Source: Pseudogymnoascus verrucosus
Lineage: Eukaryota
NCBI GenBank assembly: GCA_001662655.1
Contig: KV460211.1
DNA: 64,000 bases
Direction: 5' to 3' (one strand)
Shown here: positions 48,736-61,018 of the stretch, piece by piece
Layout of the letters: the number at the start of each line of letters is the position of its first letter
Numbering within the stretch: the stretch's first letter is position 1
Made by a program: the position numbers and the translations under genes
Notes under the pieces: generated by a model
What the model was told of the DNA's origin: nothing
Seen by the model: only the letters and a program-made list of their open reading frames with translations
Databases searched by the model: none

Positions 48736-49881
48736 GGTTGCATTTGGTGTTTTGTACTGCTCTGTGTTAGCGTTTCAGCGTGCATGTTTATACAGCTGTT
48801 GTTTGTTTGAGCTGTTGTTTTTCATTTCATTTTGGTTTGAGCGACGCATATTTGGGCGACTTAATGCGATCATTCCTCCATCGAAGACGATAAAGGCGCG
48901 AGCCTCATCTTATCTCATCTCATACATGGAGCAACAGACTCCTTTCGCTTCGCGGTCACGGGTTGGCTTATTATCAGCAGGCTGGTTATTGGGTATGGAG
49001 GATTTATTTTGGGATTGGATGAGGTTTTATCAGTTGGATATGGTGTCATGGCTGATGAGGATACGGGATGAAGGACGAGAGATGACTGTGATGCTTAATG
49101 TGCTTAGAGATACCCTTGATGCGAGCTAATATACGGGAGATGAATGGAAATAATCAGAGATATAACTTGCTATGTCCCTCATTGAAGTGATAACTACATG
49201 TCCTAAACCCCTCCCCGACCTCAGTCAGAAATGCGAAAGAAGAGATTTTTATCAGTGTATCTGAGTTTATCGCGGCTTGGAAAGCACGGCTGTGTGCGAT
49301 ACCCTGGAGCAGTGATTGAGTGACTGGAAATAGGGGCATGGGATTGGCGAGAACAATACAGCGACGACAACAGCAGCACAACGACAATAGCACTAACGAG
49401 AATAGCAGCCGACAATGTTGCGGGGGTGGGGCTGTTCTCTCTTCTTTTCCTTACTCGGTTCAATTGTCGTAGATGTTATTTGATCAGATGTTTTGTCTTC
49501 GAAGTGGTGGTAGAAGCACTTCGAACGCAAATTCAAAGTAAACAATGCTTCTGCAGGTTGCTTCCACTTCAAATTCTGTTATTGGTATGAGGGCATACAA
49601 ATATGTGTTTACTGCATGTCTCGTTGATACCAGCCGGTTTTTTAAACGCTGTTAGGATTTCATAATTGAGCGAGTGAAGGTGCGTCCCGAGATTTTGGTG
49701 CTGTGTGCGGTTCTAAGATTGTTTCGAGAGGTTCAAGTCTATGTCACACGGAAGTAGAATAGGACTGAAACAGTATATAATGATAAACTTAGAACAGCTA
49801 TGCAAAGATCAATAACATAACTCTTCCATCCCACTATGATTAAATCCCCATCCCCATCCGCAGCCGCTCTTCACACCACTC

Positions 49882-51909
49882 TCAACCAAGCGCCTTCTTC
49901 TCAAGCTGCATCCCCGTAGCCTTCTCTCCATGCGAGAGTTCCTGCGTCGGTGTGTGCGAGCCTTCAAGGTCCGCAGCTTTGGCCAGCTCAGTAACACCGA
50001 ACAAGTCGTCCATCCTCTCCAGACTCAAACCCTTGGTCTCCGGCACGAAGAACCATACGAATATCATCATGGCGAAGGAGAATGATCCGAAGATGAAGTA
50101 AGTACCGTAGCCCTTTTTTCCGACGTTCTTCAACATAAGCGGCACGGACTTGGCGACAACGAAGTTGAAAATCCACTGCGTCGCAGCAGCCAGCGCGACG
50201 TTGAGACCACGCAGACGAGCAGTGGGGATCTCAGACACGTAGATCCAGCAGACTGGGCCCCAACCCCACTGGAAGAACCCGGCGAAGAGGAAGATGCAGA
50301 CGAGAGCGACGTAGCCGAATGGTGGAATGTTAATCTTGCCATCGGCGCTGTTCTCCGGCGGGTAAACGCGGACGTAGATGCCGATGATGAACATGGCCAA
50401 GCCCTGCGCAATACTGGTCCAGAGCAAACTCTTCCTTCGGCCGAGGGAATCCGCTGCGAAGAGCAGGAAGGCGGCGCACGTAACCATCTTGACAATACCG
50501 TAAATTCCGGTGGCGAAGAGACCGTTGTTCACACCAGTGATACCCAAGCCACTGAAGATCAGGGGGGCGTAGTAGTTGATTGCGTTTGTTCCGGTCATTT
50601 GCTGGCAGACCATGAGGCCGATGGACAGAAGCGCGCGGTTGCGGTTTCCAGGGATCGTCCACATCTCGCGCTGCAAGTCCATGAAGCTTGCACCTCCGAT
50701 TAGGCGGCGCTCATTCTCCAGCTGGTCAGCCATTTCGGTAAGCTCCATCTGGATGTACTCATGCTCGACTGGGAGGTTGCGGGTTAAGGAGAGAACGCGC
50801 TTAGCCTCATCCCAGTTATCCTGGCGTGCGAGCCAGCGGGGGGATTCGTTACAGAAGAGCATGCCGACCATGAGAGCCCTAGATTGGTATAAGTACGTTT
50901 CATCACTGATGGAATCATGGATACTTACACGGCGGGCAGCATCTGGAGAGCCAAAGGGACAACGTAGGTTTGCTTCCCCTTCAAGTGCAATGATGCGCCG
51001 TAGTTGACCCAGAATGAAAGCATGACACCAGTGGCGATGAATAGTTGGTACAGGCCGGTTAAACCACCGCGGATGGCTCTAGGAGCCTGTTCGGAAATGT
51101 AGACTGGCACCAACATGGAAGCGGCCTGCATGTTTATTAGAATGACAACCTTTAGTAGAGAAAGAGACCGTAGAAGTACATACACCGACTCCAATTCCAC
51201 TGACAAAACGGCCGACGTACATCAGGGCAAGCTTACCAGAGCCAGCAGACCTGTTATCATTAGTATGTTGGAGAGGAGGCGGGGATGTGTGGTAGCGTAC
51301 TGGAAGATGACACCGATTGTGGTCCACACAGCAGCGCCCATAAGAGAAGGTTTTCGGCCATCTGAGAAACGAGTTAGTCAGTATTCAATACAGCTCAGCG
51401 CAGCTCTACGAACATTTATCGGCAAACCCTGCAGAAGTCAGCTTCGATCTCATTTGATATTATTGGAAACTTACAGTAGGCAGCAAGACTTCCTACCAAG
51501 CATCCTGCTTGAAGCGTCGACACGATGCTAGATGTTTTTAGCAAGTTTCTCATGTTGATATTCTAAACCCTAATTCCACATACTTTGAGCCAAGGTCGGC
51601 CGAGTTATCAGCGGTGAGGTTATAATCCCTGGTTGAAGTTAGGTACGTCTTTCTCGTAATTCATTTGGAGAAGCATACTTCTTGAAAGCAGGAAGCCCCA
51701 AGATTCCTCCAATTGCGCCAATATCCCATCCGAAAATCATAGCACCAAAGCAAGCTATAGCGGAGATTGTTAGACCAGTCGCTGCTCACGGTGAGCGGTG
51801 GGATAGGTGCCTTACCAGAGCATGCCAGTGCGAAGACCCTCCATCCGTAGATTTCGGGAGGATCGGTCCTCATCGCGTCATTTTTGACGACTTTCTGAAG
51901 AAGACCCAT
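49882..51909 (-). CDS. MFS sugar porter, quinate-permease clade, GAT-1/GatA (D-galacturonate transporter)-like; about 9 exons incl. 15-nt micro-exon 51414-51428
   Basis: [88 protein letters not shown] and VPETKG. Confidence 0.92.
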
Positions 51910-51997
51910 CTTGGCGATATACTACGAATAATGCGTACTCGTATCGTTTGTACCAGAGGTGTCAGAAATCGAAGCTCTCACGAATGCACGATTTGAA

Positions 51998-52443
51998 ATT
52001 GGGGGGAGCTCCCCTTCAAGTACAGCATCGACGGACAGGGAGGACACCCTCGACAAGGGTGTTGCGTGCATGGTCTACAAGATACGGCATACCGTATCAA
52101 TATGGAGACATATTTGCCATGATCGCCGTCGTCGGATTCGTCGCGCGCAACCACGTTTTTTCCTGGCCTGCAGCAATTATCCGCCAAGAGCCTCCACCAT
52201 GGATAAAGCCGGGAGCTCACCCGGTTCGATGCGATTTGCCAATCATTGCGGAACCCAACGTACCGCGTGGAGACATTGCGCACATTAGCACGTATTTGGG
52301 GATTGATATTGTGAGGTTACGTTGATATCGGCATTTGCATGGATGTACTACTTACAGTACACCCGGAGACGCCACTAACTTTTGGACTCCACGACATTCA
52401 AGTGTGACAACGTCTTTTACCCCAGACCCCGCACCCCCGCCAA
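51998..52443. promoter_or_regulatory. Candidate GARE (CCNCCAA[T]) and CreA (SYGGRG) sites upstream of the transporter
   Basis: CCCCCCAAT on the minus strand 51998-52006, TCCGCCAA 52180-52187, CCGCCAA 52437-52443. CreA-type CTCCAC 52387, CCCCAG 52420, CCCCGC 52427 and 52435. Confidence 0.5.
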
Positions 52444-53146
52444 GTTACCCGTAAGCCCTTGGGTGGTTCAAGTTTGGACTTCGCATCAGAGTGATGGCTA
52501 AATACTTAGTAGCAAGACTGGTACGGGCTAGACCGGCAGTAGCAACCAATGATGCGGCTCCAAATAACTCCCGGGCGATAAATAAAAGCGCGCGATGGCA
52601 GGACGACACCAATTTGCCAAGCTGGGGAAGCGGAGAATGGGGTATTGAGGTGGGCCCCGTTGGTCCCGCTAGAGGTAACTGACAGCATCGGCAAAGCTGG
52701 TTTCGCCCTTAGCCCGCGAATTGATGGTCGGCCATTGATCCCCGAGTGCCAATGCGACAGATATGGACAACTCGCTGCTCGTCCGTCTTATTCGCGAGGA
52801 TCTACCAAGGGTCACAGTCAGTCTGCTAGTTGACAGTCAGTCTGCGAAGTTACAGAGCTAGGGTGATCACATGTATTCCACGATAAACTAGGCTTTCCAG
52901 AAGTGGACCAGTCACGCTTCCATTTCCCCAACATCGACATAGCCTTTCCAGCTTCCAGCTAGATAGGCGCGGATCTCTCTGGCCTCTCCTGTGAGCGGTG
53001 GAATTTGAGTTTCTCCGTATCTCACCCCCTCCCCTTGGCAAACGCGGAGAAAGCTAACGGTAAAAGAGGTCACCCGGAAGGCTTAAAGCTGTAATTAACC
53101 TCTCGCTACCTGTTTTGCCAAGGCCTGCGTTGCCTGCCACAACTGG

Positions 53147-55252
53147 TTAGGATTGTCCGTTGATCAATGCTCGAATCCAATCTGGAACCGCAGGCTTGGA
53201 ATCCCAGCCGTCGAGATAGCTCTCTGGCGCAACTCCGGGGTTAGAAGGCTTTGCATAAACGCCTGTGGCATACCACTGGGTCGAGCCGGCCTTGATCGTG
53301 TGCTGCAGAGTGGGAATGATAGTCTTCTTCTCCACAATATTGGAGTTTGGATCCGCATTAACAATCATGGCCGTGCGATTGCTCGGCCGCTCGAGGTCGG
53401 CAATCTCGAGGTCGGCGATACCCACGGCACCTTTAGATACTGCAAATGCTCCTTCGGCGCCCGGGTTGCTTCCGCCCTCTGCGTCTAGGTCGTAGTTGCC
53501 AACTATGCGGGGTGATGTCCCTTCAGCGATCTCCGACTTGTAGGGGCGCAGGGCTCGACCATCGGCCTTGGCAATATTGTAGATTGCGAAAGATCCGTCC
53601 GCAGTCATGACGTCGCGGCCAGCCTCGATCCTGTGAACTCGGATGTGCCAGTTAGGGTGTTTTTCCGTAGACGGAATGAGCCATGTCTTGATGGTTACGT
53701 CCTTGAATGGCTTCCACACGGATACCAAGACGGGCAAATCATCATGAACCTCTATCCCAGACTCCTCACAATTTCTCCGCGTCTTCCAGACCTCCCCTTC
53801 GTCGTCTGACAACCCCAATGTCGAGTCCAACGCAAACTGTTCGAGTGTGTATCCTCCTGGAGGGACGGAATATCCATAAGCGCTGGAGTATGCGAATTTT
53901 CCGTACTTCGCATGAGTGGACTTCATTGGATAGCCACAAGCTTGGCCTGACGACAACAGCATCCTGTGGCCCCCATGGTACGTGATGATATGTTTGGGAT
54001 GCTTCAGACTCTTGATGACGGGTAGTTGTTTGGATGGGTAGGGTTCCTCAGCTGATGCCCAGAATGGATGTGACTCTGGAACAGCTAAGCAGATGAAGGC
54101 CAAGCACGCCCAATATGGTGATCCCTGCTGGTCAGCATCAAGTCTAGGTTATGTTGAAAGTTACTTACAGGACTGTTATAATTCTCGAGCATGTACATAT
54201 TGGGATATGAGTATCCAAGATTAAGTGTCCCTGACGGACCAAAAATATCCGGCTGCGTCTGCCACCAGCGCAGGTTCCTCAGCACAATACCCTTCACGAC
54301 TCCCCAGGTCAAAGGTGCAGGTAGGTCAATCTCGGCGTAGGCGATGGCGCCCCAGAATGAAATCATGCCGAATCGATATCCGATCGAACGACCGAACGGG
54401 AGAGCTCGGCCTTCTTCGTCGAAGTAAAGGACAAAATCGAGCGCGAACATCTCTCCGCGGCGCTTGAACTCTGCGCTCGTCTCTGGATCCTGTTCTCCGG
54501 CTAGCTTGGCGTAGAGAAGCTGGAGGAATTGGATAGCAAAGGAGCCGGAATAGTAATCCATCTGGTGAATGTGCTCAGGCCCGTCGTTTGACCAGCCGTC
54601 ACCGCGGTAGAAGGAATCAAGGTGCTTGATGTCCTGGACTAGCATTTCCGGGGAGTGCTTTGCTCCATTACGGAGTAATCCCAGGTTCGCAAAGACGCGG
54701 AACCACAGCCAGTTTGTATTTGGCATGACTCTGTAGTTGTTAGTAAAGAAACATGCCTTTTTTTCATGAGCCTTACTTATCATTAATCCCTCCAAGATAC
54801 CTCTCCACATTCCCCTTCTCTTTCTCATCCAGCGCATCCCAAAATGCCGGCACCACAGCCAAAGTCCAGCCGATACAGCACATCTCCACCATACGCTGAT
54901 CGCTATCCTCCGACTGCCCCCAGTACTCTTCGCTCTCTGGATTTGTGCCCGCCTTCAGACCTTCAATCCAGCGCGGCGTGTTCTCATAAGTGCCACCACC
55001 AGCAAGCATAGAAGCCAGTCCCCAAAGTGGGCGGGCATAGCCTTCAATCTCCGACGCAGTATTGTCGAAGCGCACGGCTGTAGCACCGGGGACCTTGATA
55101 CGAGAGCATTGTGGAGAGAAATGCTGTTGGAGAGGGTCGAGGATAGTTTTTAGTAAATCCTGGACAGACTCTCTGTCTGAAAGCTTCACTTCACAGAAGG
55201 GATGCACGTCATTGTACCCCAAGACCTTGGCTCGGAAGTCTGAAGATGTCAT
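53147..55252 (-). CDS. DUF2264 family protein (possible GH154-type glycosidase), no signal peptide; 3 exons
   Basis: [87 protein letters not shown] and [10 protein letters not shown]. Confidence 0.9.
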
Positions 55253-55759
55253 TTTGAGAGGTGTATGGGAGGAATTGCGATTGATACTAATGGGGGTTAG
55301 ATATATCTCCACATGAAACTACTCTATATAAACGTCCACCTTTGAAATCTCCGGACTCTGAGGCAGACCGGAGATAGTCCGGCGAAGCATTTAGCCAATA
55401 TACAACGTGGGGTTCATCGCAACCCCTCATGCTGCGATGCGACTAGGGACAACAAGTGCCGAATATCCACGAAGCTGCACGACGAAATCACTTGACCCAA
55501 TTAAAGTAATTAATGTAAGCAGTAAACGATTAGGCATATCATTCATCCTTAGGACTCCACGTCGGAGTCCAAAAAGGTAAAAATCTCCACCTATAAAATG
55601 TAAATCACGTGCAACCACTTAAACCCCTCGCGTCGCGTCGCGTCTCCCAACGCGCCTACCCAGACCTCATCCCAAGTATCGCGACCACAAGCATTTCACC
55701 ACAATACTCAGCACCACTCCACCTCACTTTACCCCATATCCCTCTCTATACCGCGCACA

Positions 55760-57381
55760 ATGATCCGCCAGGATGCAAAGCGCATCGCCTCCAACCGGCG
55801 CGCCGAACTCGACCACCGCAAAAAACAGTTCGCTACGGCTAAATTTCAGGAACACACTTACCCCCACCGTCTGAACTTCTACATCCTTCCCCCGACTGCA
55901 GATATCACGCTCGAGCAATTCGAACAATGGGCTATTGACCGATTACGCGGTTTGTCCCCTCCCATCCCCCCTGTCCCAAATTCGCGGCATGGAGAGAAGA
56001 GGGTGCTAACTCCCCCAAGTCCTCGCAGAGTTAGAAGCATGTTCCTTCCGCAACAAAACCCCCGCCGAGACAGCCGCGCACATGAAGCCACTGATGGATA
56101 AATACCTCCCCCTCTCGTCCTCCTCCAGCTCCTCTCCCAACCTCGCCTTAGAGAGGAAAAAAGACCACTACAGCCACTTCATCCTGCGCCTCGCATTTGC
56201 GTCGACCGAGGACCTACGGCGGCGGTTCGCGCGGGTGGAGACGGCGCTGTTCAGGCTGAGATTCCAGAGTGATGATGCCAGGGAGCGCGGTGCGTTTGTG
56301 GCGGGGCTAAATCTGGAGTGGGAGGCTGTTGGGGATGCGGAGAAAAAGGAGATATTGCCTGAGCTTGTGGCGGCGGGGCAGGGGAGGAAGGCGAGCGAGA
56401 TGGTGGATGAGGGGTGGTTTAAGGTAGATTGGATGAAGGTCCCTGAGCTTGTGGAGAGCAGGAGGGTGTTGCTGAAGGGGGGGTATGCGTATGTGCCAGG
56501 ACGGGAACAGATGAGTATGGTTCTTGCGGAGTTTACGGCGAGGCTTGATAAGGCGCTTGAGGTGAGTCCCCAGCTATCCAACCCAAGGAGATAAAACTAA
56601 CATCCCCCAGCAAACTTCCCGCGCCCTCCCCCGCCTCGATGAAGACGACCGCCTCTCTCCCATCCTCGCCCACCTCTCCTCCACCTTCCTCACCCCCGCC
56701 TCCACCGCCCCCTCCTCCATGGTAGCAGGCACCATAACCGCAGCCTCGATCCCCTCTCTCCTCCCCAACTTCCCGCTCTGCATGTCGACCCTCGGCACCA
56801 CGCTCGCCACCACACACCACCTCAAGCACTACGCGCGTCTACAGTACACGCTCTTCCTCAAGGGGCTGGGTCTGTCGCTGGCGGACTCGCTGCAGTATTG
56901 GCGTAGTGGGTTTAGTGCTGTGACGGACGATACGTTTAATAAGGAGTATCGGTATAATATCCGGCATGCGTACGGAGATGTGGGTGGTGATGGGAATAGA
57001 CGCGGAGGAGGCTACAGTCCGTTCTCCTGCCAGAAGATCCTCACCGAGCACCCCCCCGGACCGGGTGAAGCGCACGGATGCCCCTACCGGCATTACAGTC
57101 TCGAGAATCTCACTGCGACGCTGCAGCGCACGGGTGTGACGGATGGGAGCGTGCTGAAGGGGGTGAAGGATGATAGGGAGAAGATGAAGTATCATATGGC
57201 ATGTAATCGCGTGTTTGAGCATGTGCATGCGAGGGAATTAAAGAGGGCGAAGGAGGAGGGGACGAATATTGGGGGGGGGGAGACGATTGTGCATCCGAAT
57301 GAGTATTTTAGGAGGAGTTTCTTGTTGAAGGTTGGGGCGGTTAAGAAGGAGGGAGGGGCGGAGATGGAGGTTGATGGTTAA
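55760..57381 (+). CDS. PRI2: DNA primase large subunit; 3 exons
   Basis: YPHRLNFY..ITLEQFEQWAIDRL/..ERKKDHYSHFILRLAF..LFR.RF../DEDDRL..FPLCM..HHLKH..RLQY.LFLKG..YNIRH.YG..SCQKI..HGCPY..ACNRVF..HPN.YF, including the Fe-S cysteines. Confidence 0.96.
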
Positions 57382-57624
57382 AGTGGCTGGTTTGGGTAGG
57401 GGATGGAACAGAGGCGTTTTGGTGTGGGGGTTGGTTAGGCGCGAGGTATGCAGTGTAATATGGAATGAATGTATGAGAGTTTGTATGAGCGTCATTGTAT
57501 TGTGCTATGTATCGTGATATATATACCTAAGAACGAAAGACTAGACGGATAATGACAGTCTGAGGGCTAGCAGCGACAGCTTGAAAACCCAACTTCAGGG
57601 TCAACGCGATGCTCTGCGTCTCCG

Positions 57625-57775
57625 GCGGGAGGTCTACGGAACGACTCCATACAATATCCTCTTGGGTCGTGGGTGGTTGTACCGGGTGAAGGCAGTCGGT
57701 GACTATGCTGGTAATGATTATTTCATATTCAGTTCAGATAGGAAGCCAAGGAAGGTCCCAAAATCCGGAGATGCA
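57625..57775 (+). mobile_element. Fragment of Ty3/Gypsy-type aspartic protease C-terminal half
   Basis: PYNILLGRGWLYRVKAVGDY resembles the retropepsin Y.ILLG..WL motif. No DSG/DTG, RT or integrase in frame. Confidence 0.5.
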
Positions 57776-57822
57776 CAACCTCAGGTATCGTTAATAGCCA
57801 ATTTCGATCGGGATCAAGATTG

Positions 57823-57946
57823 CGAGAAACGACCAGGCGGCAAGAACGACAGGTTGCAAGAACGAGAGGTGGCAGGAACGACAGGTGACAAGAACGACAA
57901 GTGGCAAGAACGACTGGCGACAAGAACATCAGGCAACGAGAATGAC
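57823..57946. repeat. Minisatellite family A: 16-bp unit CAAGAACGACAGGTGG x~8
   Basis: Units start at 57841, 57857, 57873, 57889, 57905, 57921 and 57937, an exact 16-bp period. Confidence 0.9.
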
Positions 57947-58244
57947 ACCTGTCCAAGACCCTGGTATAGACGAAGGCGGTCGTTGGTATCGGTCATGAGA
58001 TTGTCGAATACATCTAGGTCAGAAATGGCAGAGGATAGGGCACTCCCACTCGATGGGGTTGGGGAATTAGGGGACTCTGTTATGGGGCCTCGAGCCTCAA
58101 GGTCTCTCAGAGCCATGTCTGAAATCCAGCCTCATTAACAGATTTCTCACGTTCAAGAGCGGCACTGGCCTGATGACTTGCAGCCGATCATAACCGAGTG
58201 GGTTTGAGGAGGGAGGCGGGCGGGCGGGGCAGGATGGAATGAAA

Positions 58245-58495
58245 GAGGAAGGGACGACTGGCTTGCCGAAGGAAGGAACAACTGCAAAACTAAAATAAAA
58301 GCAAACAACAGCATTTTTCCAAACGAGGACTAGATTTGCCAAATGTGTTGCCCAAAAAGAAAGGAGGAACGAACGACTAACTACTGACGGAAGGAACGAC
58401 TGACTTGCCCTAGAAAAGGGGAAGGAGTGAATTACTAATAGAAAGGCGAAGAAAAGAACGACTGCACATGCCGGAGGAACGAACGATCGGCTTTG
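58245..58495. repeat. Minisatellite family B (GGAAGGAACGACTG..CTTGCC, ~24-28 bp, degenerate), array 1
   Basis: Recurrent ggaagg(a/g)acgactg, gaacgaacga and cttgcc motifs. Confidence 0.75.
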
Positions 58496-58936
58496 ATGCG
58501 GCGGGAATATGGTAAACTGTTGACTTGATAAAGGAAGGAGCGAAGGGTCGGTGAAAACAGAATGGATGGTGTGGCATGATGCAAAACGTATTAAATGTGC
58601 ATACATTGTGCCAAAGTCATTAGAATGTGGCGAACTGGCATACCTATTTTGTGTGCAAGAGATAGCCCTGTCGCAAATCAAGAAAAGGTAAGCCTATTCG
58701 CCATGTCGTAGAATATTTGCTGATGAAGCAGTTCAGTCAACCCAGACAGCCGCCTGCACAGTTCGGACAGCCCGGACAACCCCCTCACCCCCTTTGGAGA
58801 GGTCCAAGCAGAAGCTCTTGTCAAAGAGTACCAGGCTGGCAGTGCGATCCTAACGGCCCATGCGGAGAAGTTATAACAGTTTGAGAAGAAGTTGGATGCG
58901 GTAAAGGAGGCGATTGATGACATTCCCGTTTGGGAG

Positions 58937-59006
58937 AGGCGGTGAGAACGAGTGGTGGTGAGAATGACAAGCGGCAAGAACGACATGCGGCGACAAGAAG
59001 GATAAG
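58937..59006. repeat. Minisatellite family A, array 2
   Basis: tgagaacgag/tgagaatgac/caagaacgac/caagaaggat at 58943, 58959, 58975 and 58994. Confidence 0.75.
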
Positions 59007-59674
59007 TGCGTGGTCTGCGTCCGGGACACCACATGAGTTATGGGGCTGTGGGTGGTGGGATGGGACACGCAAAACCAACTTTTGGCGCGTGCAATATCGA
59101 ATATTTTGCGGAGGTTGTTTGGCCCCTTCAGGGGATTGTCGAGATTATTGGTACCCCCAATGGCAATGAAGCGCCTCAACAGCAACTCCAAGTCTCCGCC
59201 CCACGATACAAAAGCCTATCCTTCTTCTGGCTCGGGCATTCCTTGACTTCAATTGTCCCTGGTTTCTCGGGGTCATAGGGTCGATTATACAGCAGAAGTT
59301 GAGATAGAGTCCCTTTTTTATATCCCCGTATACTCTGCGGCCCACATGTTCATATTCTGCGGTTATAACACGACTAGAATCTGTATGACAAAAATAAACC
59401 AGGCGGAGAATGACAGAGGGAGGTGAGAGCTTCTACAACCATCTCAAGGACCGATTACTGACAGATATCAACAAGTTCACGGGTGCCATTGACACGGTAG
59501 ACGGGGGGGTGACACGATATAAAAGGAGGTCCAGGTCGTTGTTCAAACCTATTTCCATCAATCTCGCAAGCGCCGCCGTTCTTCACGGTCAGAGCGCACC
59601 TCGATTACCTCGGCGCGAAGGTTTGGAGAGCGGGAACTGCATTGCCATAGCGAGGAAGTGCGGGAAGAAATGGC

Positions 59675-59761
59675 ATGTGGTGAGACTGATAGGTGGTGGT
59701 GAGAATGATAGGTGGTGGCAAGAACGAACAGGTGACAAGAAATACAAGCTGCAAGAATACC
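59675..59761. repeat. Minisatellite family A, array 3
   Basis: tgagactgat/tgagaatgat/caagaacgaac/caagaaatac/caagaatac at 59681-59752. Confidence 0.7.
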
Positions 59762-59929
59762 ATCTTAACGGCACATGCTTGACCTGCTACATCACTTAAG
59801 GCACGTACGTCCATTGTGTAGATGTCATCTCATCTTTCCTTTTTGTCACGCTCCCTCAACAACTTTGTTCTTCGCGATCAAGTTCCCCTTCTGATATAGA
59901 GCGAGCTAATGATGATTCATGGAGTTTAG

Positions 59930-60105
59930 GCTAGAAGGAACGGCTGGTTTGTCAGGGAAAGAAGGGAGAGTTGACTAGGCTTACCGGAGGAAGAACGAAC
60001 GAACGATTTGTTTTTGCCAAAGGAAGGAACGACTGGCAACTAAAGGAAAGAACGACCCGACTTGCCAAATATTGCCTAAAAGGAAGGAGGAAGGAAGGAA
60101 AGATC
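59930..60105. repeat. Minisatellite family B, array 2
   Basis: gaaggaacggctgg, gaacgaacgaacga, aaggaaggaacgactgg and aagaacgacccgacttgcc. Confidence 0.75.
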
Positions 60106-60457
60106 GATATGGCTTATGAAATTCGAGACTGGCATCGCCCACCGTCACATTAATCCGTACTCATAAACTCCCCACATCTCTCAGTCGCCCAGACCAGATT
60201 CCCAACGGTGCACCCACTCTACTCCACAATCACACATACTGCCCCAGCCGAGACACGACTTATCGCGCGTATAAACCAACCATTAAACACCAGACTCCGT
60301 CATCGAAGACTTTTTGCTCAGGTCGATGCTACATTCCACGAGCTTATGGAACTGCCACCAACTGACGATCGGGGGGTTGGTGTGATGGATATCTGAAGGG
60401 GGGGAACGCGTTGTTATGCTCGAGGTGAGTGTAGGGGGTGTTGCTGTTGCTGGGGTT

Positions 60458-60481
60458 TTGTTGTTGTTGTTGTTGTTGTTG
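60458..60481. repeat. (TTG)8 microsatellite
   Basis: Read directly from the sequence. Confidence 0.9.
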
Positions 60482-60734
60482 GGCTTCTTCGTGTTGTTGG
60501 GCTTTTTTCTCGCTGGCGCTCGCTTTCTTGTCGTTGCCCCTTTCCCACCGTCGCCCCTTCCGTGACCTCCTCCCCCAACTCCCTCACAAAATCAACCGGC
60601 CACCGCCTACTGTGACTCCGGCGATTGAATATGTCCCTTGCCAGCCATAAAACCATATTTTGGCTTATTATGGATTGTCGCCCATATGATAATTTTCGTC
60701 GCGAGATTATCAGAGATCCGACGCCTAGGTTGCC

Positions 60735-60945
60735 ATGAGAAGAAGGAACGACTGACTTGTTAGGGGAAAGAGGAAAGGACGACTGGTTCCCCAAAGGAAG
60801 AAAGGAGCGGCCAACTTGTCAAAGGAAGGAACGGCCGGTAAACTAAATTGAAAGAACAACCAAAACGACGACTAAAAGAAAAGACGAACGAACGAATGAC
60901 TGCTGAAGGAAAGGACGACTGAGTTGACTTAGCTTGGTAAGGGAA
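60735..60945. repeat. Minisatellite family B, array 3, abutting the 5S terminator
   Basis: gaaggaacgactgacttg, ggaaaggacgactgg, aaggaaggaacggccgg and ggaaaggacgactgag. Confidence 0.75.
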
Positions 60946-60951
60946 GCAAAA

Positions 60952-61018
60952 ACATACAACAGTGGGTATTCGCTGGTGGTCACCCACCTAACTACTAATC
61001 CACTAATCTCAAGCTTAA
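60952..61018 (-). rRNA. 5S rRNA gene, 3' half only (~nt 53-119), interrupted at box A; Pol III T-run terminator at 60948-60952
   Basis: Minus strand reads TTAAGC-TTGAGA-TTAGTGGA-TTAGTAGTT-AGGTGGGTGACCACCAGCGAATACCCACTGTTGTATGT-TTTT, matching the ascomycete 5S 3' half. The 5' half (ACATACGACCATAG..CCCGTCCGCTCAGCC) is absent. Confidence 0.9.

Noticed and set aside
58770..58945. DNPLTPFGEVQAEAL as a histidine-phosphatase (PGM) gene
   Set aside because: No RHG motif, an in-frame stop and too short; kept only as an unnamed fragment of the mosaic.
57823..60945. CRISPR-like repeat/spacer appearance
   Set aside because: Eukaryotic locus; repeats are tandem and degenerate, spacers are hundreds of bp and irregular, and there are no cas genes.
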